A DNA stretch of 64,000 bases, from positions 1 to 64,000 of the forward strand of contig NIVC01001678.1 of assembly GCA_002269645.1 (NCBI GenBank), given 5' to 3'. Positions 55,487-64,000 of the stretch are shown here, one piece after another; position 1 is the stretch's first letter, and every line of letters begins with the position of its first letter. The stretch comes from Macrostomum lignano. Its lineage: Eukaryota. Under the pieces are notes generated by a model. It was not told where the DNA came from, did no database searches, and worked only from the letters and a program-made list of their open reading frames with translations. The position numbers were made by a program, and so were the translations under genes.

Positions 55487-57097
55487 TCAATAGTCAAGGC
55501 TGGGCGTCGGGTCGCCGTTCCGACGATCGCGAGATCGACTCCGGCCGTGCCGGTCGGCGTTCCGACCCCGGTGGTGGTCGCGCCTGTCCCTGTCTCGGTC
55601 CCTGTCCCGGTTCCTGTCACGATCCCGGTTGCGGTCCCGATCTCGGTCCCTGTCCCGGTCCCGGTCTCGACCGCCACCGCGGGATCTGGACCGTCTGGCG
55701 CTGCGATCCCGGTCCCGATCGCGGTCCCGGGATCGATCCCGGCCGGAGCGGGCATTCTGCTCGGGCGGTCCGCGCCGAGTCGAGCCCAGGCCGCCACCGA
55801 GACGGCGAGGGCGCCAATTTTTTATTGTTCTGGCGCGCTCAGCGTCGACTAGGACGCGGCGACCGTCGATTTTCTTGCCTTCGGCGTGCTTGTAAGCCGT
55901 GTGCATGTCGCGGTCGTGCTCGTACTCGATGAAGGCGTAGCCGCGGGGCCGCCCTGAGAGCGTAGGGATGGTGGGGATCAGCTGGGGGTTTCAATGATAT
56001 CCCATCTCAATCCCTGAGCCATGTCTTTGTGATATATCATCTCAATCCCTGAGCCATGGTCTCACTGTTATCTCAATCTCAATGATATTCCATTCACTGA
56101 ATCTTGGATCTTAAATCTCATATTTTAGCCTTAAGAGCAAAACAACAACCCCCAAAACTCACCATTTCGCTTATCATGCACGATTCGGACAGTTCTAATT
56201 GGACCATAGGTCTCGAACTCGCGACGCAGCTTAGCCTCAGTGGTGTCGTAATCAATTCTAGCAACGAATAGCGTATTAAACGGATCGCTAGTGGCGTTGG
56301 GATTATCGTGCGGATCCCACATGGCCAGGTCCTGAAATTGATTTGTATGCGGATTTTGTAGCAGTTTTACTACTAATAGTAGAAAAAAACATTTGACAGA
56401 CAATAATGATAATAATTATAATTGATTGCACCTTGCCCTAATTGGGCCAGATGTGCAACCGACAGTTCAGCCGCAGCTATTGTGAGGCGCATCTGAAGGC
56501 TGCGTACGGCTGTTCAGTCGAAGGACTGGGGGGGGTCGCTACACACACCTTTAATTACCCCAGCTAATGCTGGCACCCATTTTACAGCTTGGGTGAACTG
56601 AAGCAATGCAGAGTTGCCTGTCTTGCTCAAGGACACAAATTTTTCCGAGTGAGTCGAGAATCGAACCCCCGACCTTTCAGTCTGAGAAAGGTCAGACTGA
56701 AGTAATTGCAGTATTTTTGCAGAGTGCACTTCAACCAGAGTTATAATATTAAGCGTTAGAATCGACATTCTAGGGAGAGTCCGCATTAGTTAAAGGTAAA
56801 TTTAAAATTCAATAGAAAACGCCAGTAATAAACTTATTAATAATTGCTCACCTGCTCAAGTTTATAAGCCGCCTGCTCCTGGCGCTCTTTATTGCGGCGT
56901 TCGCGTCTTTCATCGCGACTCTCAACTTTAGCAACCACCGGCGTATCCTTGGGATCTTCGAATTCGCCAAGGAACTGGGCAACGCCAGTGTAGGGCAGGG
57001 TTCGGTAATGCTGCGGCCGGTCCAATGGTGGCAGGTAGTTCAGCGGATCGCGAGGAGCAAACAGGGCCAGCAGGTTAGGCGGCAGGTATTGCGTCAT
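55487..57097 (-). CDS. SNRNP70: U1 small nuclear ribonucleoprotein 70 kDa (~293 aa)
   Basis: Exons 57097-56852, 56331-56163 and 55953-55487; GT-AG introns of phase 0 and 1. N-terminus [21 protein letters not shown] with TLFVARI and [16 protein letters not shown] motif and RD/RS-rich tail. Confidence 0.96.
56525..56700 (-). mobile_element. tRNA-derived, CORE-like SINE fragment in SNRNP70 intron 1
   Basis: The minus strand reads AGGTCGGGGGTTCGATTC (variable loop plus B box, 56658-56667), then TGTGTCCTTGAGCAAG...CTTCAGTT...CTGTAAAATGGG. This resembles the recalled MIR/CORE domain TGTGACCTTGGGCAAG...CTCAGTTT...CTGTAAAATGGG. No A box is seen. Confidence 0.65.
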
Positions 57098-57457
57098 ACT
57101 AACAGTGCCGTGTTGAGTCTCAGAATGATTCCGATTTAGAAGACCGACTGCCACTTACCAGGCAAGGCAACAGTGCCGGGTGTCTCACCGAGAGTCCCTT
57201 CCGACTGTCTTACTTATCTTAACTTGGCCTACGGTCGGGCAGATTTTGTAAAAAGCTAATTGTATACGCTTTTTTACCTTTGTTCTGCTGCACCTGTACT
57301 TACCTGTAAGTTGAATTGTTGGGGGTGACAGAGGGACCATAGGGCAGGATTAAGCTGGCTTTAGTGCTGCTCCTTCAACCGAATATTATCTTAGTTGGAC
57401 AAAAATGGCATCTGCTATGCACACATAGGAATACAAGCTACAAATGAAGCCCATATA

Positions 57458-57621
57458 TGAGGGTCATTCTTGATAAAGTCCTTGGTATGGATTTCTAACT
57501 CTTGACAAGGTAAAGGCACTAAAATGTTATCTAAAATATTCTTTGAACTTTATAGTTCGTGACAGTATTTACCTAGTTAAGAGTTAAAAATCAAAATAAA
57601 AGACTTTTGGAATGCCCCTCA
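57458..57621. mobile_element. Tc1/mariner-like MITE (164 bp) with TA target duplication
   Basis: TA|TGAGGGTCATTC ... GAATGCCCCTCA|TA: a 12-bp TIR with 1 mismatch, resembling mariner TA|CGAGGG ends after CpG decay. Confidence 0.6.
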
Positions 57622-59640
57622 TAGTTACTTACATTTAGATTCCATATTTGGAAAAGGCAATATTCCATAATGTCCTACCATTTTAACTGATCGCATACTT
57701 AAAAATTGATTGTTATTAACAATTGCATAGCAAGCCCAGATCTACTTACCTACTTACCATATATATTCATTAGTTAATACTTACTACCCAAGTTTAACAA
57801 TGATCAATTTGAATAACAACATAATATATTAAACAGAAATTGTTTACTAATATATGATACATTATTTTCTGATGACTGATAGATTTCACATATACCTATT
57901 ATCAAATTTTGACTATTACCATTTACTATTTTTGTGCTTAAGGGTACATATATTGATGACTTATTATTCATGCACTAAAAGTTATCCTTTATTGAGCTTC
58001 ATGTTTAAAATCTAAAAGGACCTATTAACTAAAGAATCTGATGTTCAATAAGTTCTGGAAAGTTGTATTTAAATCATCTTTAGTTCTTAAAAAAACTTGC
58101 TTAAAAACTTTCATAAATTAAAACTTAATAGACAGATTTCTATTTACTAAAACTAACTTGTATTTATAATAATTTATATTTACTACTATGCTGTCTACTT
58201 ACCACATTGACCAATACTTACCTACCCTTCTATGACTTACCAAATTCTAAATTTCAGAAAAATATCAGCCATCTTGGTTTGCCTAAAATGAATAAAATAA
58301 AATATTAATATTAGTCTTTGACTAAAAAATTCAACTATTAGCTATTGTCAATCTGAAAAACTCTAAAATACTTCAAATTTAAAATAAAAAACCTTTATAA
58401 TATTGCAAGAAAAGTATATACACATTGATATTAATTTCTCAATTAAATTGTTGCTTTATTTATTCAAGCATTAATAAATTATACTATATAATTATTTAAT
58501 TGTATCATATCAATAGAACTCACTAGTTTAACTATGTCATTGTTTTAGTAAATTAAAACATATATAGATATAGTAAATTTTAAAATAAAATTTTTAAAGG
58601 GTCAAATATACTAGTTTTATATTTTAAGCAAAATAGATAGGTAAAATAAATATGTTTTAAGTATAGTAAATATATATCTAAATATAAATATAGTAAATAT
58701 ATCTAAATATTAATTATAGATAAAAAGAAATTAAATTAAAAAATTTAACTTTAATCTCTAGGTATTACATTTACCTGCTCTTTTAATTTCAAAGGTTGTA
58801 CATCCTAATTTATAGATATAATGATTAAAGTTGATTTTGATCAACTTGAATTTCATCAAGTGGATTGATAAAATTTATTAGCAATATTGCTATTAAATAA
58901 ATTGAATAAAATTCAAAGATAAACTGTTTTTACTTTATATTTGCTTTTTCAACATAATAGCATTGCAATTGCTTTATTTTTTGTTTGCCTTTTGCATACA
59001 TATTGGCAACACAAGGTCCTTAATAAAGTCTATTTACCCTAGAACTAAATTAGATTTTGTATCCTAGACTATAAAAAACCTTCTACAAAATAAAGACTTA
59101 TCATTAAAACAACCTGCACCTAAAGGAAAACAAGATATAGAAATCAAATAAATGCAAAATACAATTGCCCAAAGCCTAAAAGTTTTGATATCTTGCTACT
59201 AGTCTATAACTACAATGCAAGTATAATAGATTTATTTTGCAAAAAAGAAAAGCTTATTATTGTCATTAAAAAGATTAGCATCTTAGCCAAAGGTCTTAAG
59301 TCATATTTTTATAGACTATACCAAAGGGAAACTGGTTGCTTCAGTGACAGACTATGATTATTATCACAACTATTAGATATACTATAAAATAATATACTTA
59401 CTGTAGTCTAAATGGTGGCAGTTTGGTAATAGTCATTTTGGGGTCATCAATTTTATTAGAGCCCAACAATTTACTTTGGACTTGATGCCAAATAGAGCAT
59501 TGAGCATTTGATTGAGTTTTAATTTGTATTTTAAAGGTTAAATTTGAATTTATCAATACTTTGACCAAAATATTAAACTTTGTTTTGGCGATAATCATTT
59601 CAATGACAAGTAAATCACTTTGGTAATAAAAAACCCTTTA

Positions 59641-60095
59641 GGCCATAGTCTGGATCATGCTGGGTACATGCCCAAAAAAAGTGAATAATTACAAATGCAT
59701 ACCAAAAAAATTAATGCATGCCTATTTTTAAAATATGCTAGTATTATAACAATAATTGACCTTTTGTGAATTGTATAATAGACCCTTATTAGCAGATAAT
59801 TTGGTTCATTTTTATGCTTTTTGGTGACACTATTTATGGCTGAAATTGATATACATAACAATTTATACTTAAAGAAACTAGAAAGCTTGAAATATATACT
59901 TACAAATTAACTTTATTCATTTTTTTCTACTTCAAAATAACTCCTATGCATGCTTCTATAAAGTGCATACTAGGTGTACATGCATACTATTTTTTTAGGA
60001 GTGATGCATGCCAACTATGCACATATATTTTTAGTATGCAAGGCCAATGCATGCCTAAATTTTTGGGTATATACCATATGATCTAGAGTGTAGCC
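59641..60095. mobile_element. Decayed non-autonomous TIR element with TTTA direct repeats on both flanks
   Basis: Left end GGCCATAGTCTGGATCATGCTGGGTACATGCCCAAAAA; reverse complement of right end GGCTACACTCTAGATCATATGGTATATACCCAAAAA. TTTA at 59637-59640 and 60096-60099. Confidence 0.6.
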
Positions 60096-62022
60096 TTTAG
60101 ATGATAGCTATTGTATTTTTAAGCATAAAATTAGATTATCAATCTTAATTAAATGAAGCCTAAAATTTCAGATTGCTAACATGATAAAATAGATTTGTTT
60201 AATTTTGTTTATATACTTTTAATTTAAAAGTTGCAATCCTTTACATTTTTTGAACCCTTTTGAAACCTTACTTTTTTTGTGGTAGGCATTTTATTATGAG
60301 GATCCTTATAAACATAGAGAGAGCCTCTAATCTAGGTTTACCTTATAGAATATTCTATAAAAAATATAAAATAATTTGCACAAAAATGAAATGATATATT
60401 ATTAGTTTTAATTTTTCTTTAAAATTTTCATATTTTGACAGAATTTTGAAGATATATACAAAACAAAAATCTTAACAAAAATAATTACTAACTAACATTA
60501 TTATATTATGAAGCACCTTATATCACTAAATTGACAAACTTCTTAGATATTTTATTTTTCATCAAAGAAAGGTCAAGTATGTCTATCATATAAGTAACTT
60601 GTCACCAAAACAACCATTTGTAACTGAAATGTCTATTATTGAAATGACTTGTCACAGAAATGATTGGCACCTTTATTCTTCAATTTTATTCCTAGGGCTA
60701 GGATACTATGGCCTGGGAATAATTTTCTATTTATCTGCATGGCATTGGCATATAGGCATTAGGCAAGATAGCCATGCCATTGATCGACATAAGCTGTGGG
60801 AATGATTTCTGTCACTAGGCCTAACCACAGAAAATTCATTTGCCAAAATTGGCTTGAGCTATTCACAGTCAAATGGAATAGATAGTATGACTTAGTAACT
60901 GCATTCTTGATCTTTAATTTTAAAGCTATGCTTATAAGAAAATGCTAGATAATGAAAGTGCTAACTTACTTTACTAGGCATAATGGAAATGTGCTTTATC
61001 TTGGGCTAACTGACTTTAAAGCCAAAGATCAAGTCAGGCAGGCAGAGACTTTCTCTGACTGGTGTTACTTGCTTAAATCTTTATAGCTCAGTTAGCAAAA
61101 AATTATTAGGAAACACAAGCTTCTTTCACTCAAAAGACGCTTTTTCAGCAAAATGTATTGAGTGTCGAAAATCCACACGCTTATCAATAACTAAGTACTA
61201 GTAGTCGTAGACTCCATCATACTGCACTCACCTCACCACCAATCCAGCCATGGATCCAAAAAAGAAAATTCAACCTGTTTGAAAATAATTTTGTGACAAC
61301 TCACCTGAAAAATAGTGCAGCTTTTTGATAAAAAATATTTCATATAGTAACTTTTTAGTTTTTATAGATTAAATCCGCTTTTTTCTAAAGTAATGTTTTG
61401 TTATTTTAAAGTTGTGAAACACGTAACATCCGGACTTGCACCATTAATCCAACATTTATTCTGGAGTTTTACGTCAGAAAAAAATTGCATCCTTGAAGTA
61501 CTTATGGCAAAGCAAATTAACTGTTATATATACACTAGACGTTTTGCCAAAAAGATTTTTTTACGATTACGAGGCCTGATATTAAATTTCTGCTGGAGTT
61601 TTAATTTCACGGCCCTAAAAAGTAATCAAAGCTAAAGTAAATTTAGCCATTAGTAGGCCTAAAATTCTATATCTTTAGACCTAGGCTACTGTCTTACAAA
61701 TATAAGTACTAGGGCCTACTCATCTTAGTCTTTGTCTTAGTCTTTGGCATAACTTAGTATCAATATCAAGAGATTTAAGACGTTACTTAGGGCCTAATAT
61801 AATATTAAACTATAGGCCTAATGCAATTTAAATCAATTCAGCAAAAAAGCTAGTATAAGTATAAGCTAGGCCTATATAGCTTATTGTATATTTATATATT
61901 AAATAAGCTATAGGTATATTGTATTGTAACTTGAGTTAGCCTAGGGCCTTCTTAATCCTAGTACTATAGAATATTAGTATTAGTAGGCCTACTAAGAATC
62001 AATTGGGGTTAGTTAGTGGGAA

Positions 62023-62350
62023 CCAGTTAATTTGGCGATAGGTTGACTTGGTGACAGCCAATTCGGCACCAAGTCAATTTGGCGACAGTCAGTTCAGCAA
62101 TTAAAATAATCGTGAATTAAATATGATATGCATGCATACTTCTCTAATAAATAATTAATGCGTCAAAATGCGACTCGTAGGCCGGGCATACATGTAACCT
62201 CTTTGAAAACGTGGCAAGGATGAATGGCAATATGTTAAATTTCATTTTCTAGTTTCGTAGCTTTTGTAACATTCGCCAAATTGGCTGTCGCTAAACTGAC
62301 TTATCACCGAGTTGGTTGTTACCAAATTAGCTTGTTGCCAAATTAACTAG
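62023..62350. mobile_element. Decayed foldback/MITE-like element with ~70-bp TIRs built of ~15-bp subrepeats
   Basis: 62023-62092 aligns without gaps to the reverse complement of 62281-62350 at 52/70 identity. Confidence 0.65.
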
Positions 62351-63119
62351 AAGCTGTTAGAGCTAGGCATATGCCTAAGTCTAAGACAATGTGCAATGTC
62401 AAATTAGGATAACAAACAAGAGGCCTATTGGGCCTAAAAATTCAAATCTTAAGTTGAGCTGAATGAAAGGCCAAGACTCAAGATTCCTTTTAAGATTTAA
62501 GTTTGAAACATGATGATATTTAGGGGTTCCTAGACACTTTAGGCCTATTGTTTTACCAAACACCCATTGCCGAACTAGTTTATGGGTGAAACGGACTATG
62601 GGCAAAATGGTCTAGGGGCAAAATGTACATGGCTGAAATGGTTTGGGGGCAAAACAACCAGAATTTGTATTAGGCAATTAAGCCTACTACAGGTTATAAT
62701 TGCAGTTATTTATTATGCTTAGGCCTTTTATATAGCTAGGCCTATTTACATATTCTTTTAGAATAGTAGGCCTATCTTTTAGATTCAAGACTATTTATTA
62801 ACTTTGATTTTTTTATATATTAATTTTTTCATACCCTTATACTAGACCCCATAGGCCTAGCCCTTTATAAGAGAAATATAGCCTATCTCTTTATTTCCCC
62901 TATTGCCTATATTATTGATAGGTCCCTATGTAGGTCTAATGATAGACAATGTTTGTCTAGTCTATACTTTATCTAAAGCATTGTTGGCAAACTCTTGTCC
63001 CTAGTCTCTGGCCTTGTTCTAGCTTTTGGCTTTTGGCACTAGCCTCTTTTTTATTTTACTTTATTCTTTTTTACCTTTTTTTCTCTCTTCTTTTTCTCTT
63101 TTCTTTTACGAGTATAACT

Positions 63120-64000
63120 TTGGCTGTCAACTTTTCCGTCAACTTTTCCGTTAACTATTCCGTCAACTTTTCATGTTAGTAGGATAAATAACTTTTTCCA
63201 TTAACTATTCCGTCAACTTTTCCGTCAACTTTTCCGTTAACTTTTCCATCAAGTATTCCGATAAATTTTTCCGTTAACTCTTCCGTCAACATTTCGGTTT
63301 ACTATTCCGTTAACTTTTCCGCCAAATATCTCATTACTTTTCCGTTAACTATTTTATCAACATTTATGCAAGTCCGTAAAATATATTCTATCAAATTTTT
63401 TGTGTACTCTGAATGGAAAGTGTTAATTTTTTGCATAAGTGCAGTTTCCTTAGCAATTTTTTATACATGCTTTAATTTTGTTAAGTATATACACAATGTA
63501 CATATATAAATTAGAAATAAAAAATACACGCAAAAATTTCCTGCGCGACATGTTCCAGAATTTAATTGGTATTGCTGCACTACCTGCACTACAACATCTG
63601 CACTTGTTCATCAATTTATCTTTGTGAAATAAAGCGCTGGTACTAGGGAAAATGGAAAAGATGTATGTTGTTACTAACGCAGGCTTGTTTTTTCATTGAT
63701 ATATATAAGCATGCAAACACAATAAATGATCAAAGAGCTACTTGCATGATGATCCTATTTGAGAAAGTCACATATGTTTTTTCAGAACAATAAATTGTTG
63801 ACGGAAAATTTTATGGAATACTTTACGGAAAAGTTGACGGAATACTTGACGGAAAAGTTAACGGAAAACTTGACGGAAAAGTTGATGGAATACTTGACAG
63901 AAAAGTTAACAGAAAACTTGACGGAAAAGTTGACAGAAAACTTGACAGAAAAGTTGACGGAAAAGTTAATGGAAAAGTTGACGGAAAAGTTGATGGCCAA
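63120..64000. mobile_element. Foldback-like element with inverted arrays of the 12-mer AACTTTTCCGTC
   Basis: The first 50 bp from 63120 match the reverse complement of the last 50 bp of the window with 4 mismatches. The 12-mer arrays at ~63125-63330 and ~63797-64000 face each other. The right end may extend past the window. Confidence 0.7.

Noticed and set aside
56640-56700. Possible tRNA gene
   Set aside because: Only the T-arm/B box is present, with no acceptor stem or D-arm, and it runs into a CORE-like body. Called a SINE instead.

Overview
Eukaryotic (animal) genomic DNA, very rich in minisatellites. GC-rich exons, introns filled with tandem repeats and a possible operon-like gene pair would fit a flatworm such as Macrostomum, but the organism is only my inference. 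From left to right: (1) the 3' part of a Ty3/Gypsy LTR retrotransposon (RT end, RNase H, integrase, PPT, 3' LTR; 1-2469). (2) A head-to-tail duplication of a 10.4-10.8 kb unit (8174-18528 and 18529-~29368). Each copy carries a 4-exon, 5-finger zinc-finger gene with a TATA/Inr promoter; copy 2 has a 1-bp frameshift. (3) A convergent, inverted paralog on the minus strand (33549-29707) with 6 fingers and two PLDLS CtBP motifs. One 421-bp finger block is ~99% identical among all three genes although the flanking sequence shows no evident similarity. (4) About 17 kb of unique non-coding segments alternating with many different minisatellites. (5) CHMP1B-like and U1-70K (SNRNP70) genes, closely spaced on the minus strand, with a GC-AG intron and an intronic tRNA/CORE-type SINE. 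(6) An AT-rich, CpG-poor domain with nested decayed TIR elements, a strong excess of TAGGCCTA, and a foldback-like element at the right edge. No CRISPR, rRNA or intact tRNA genes were seen. Most long ORFs in the track are read-through of tandem repeats.
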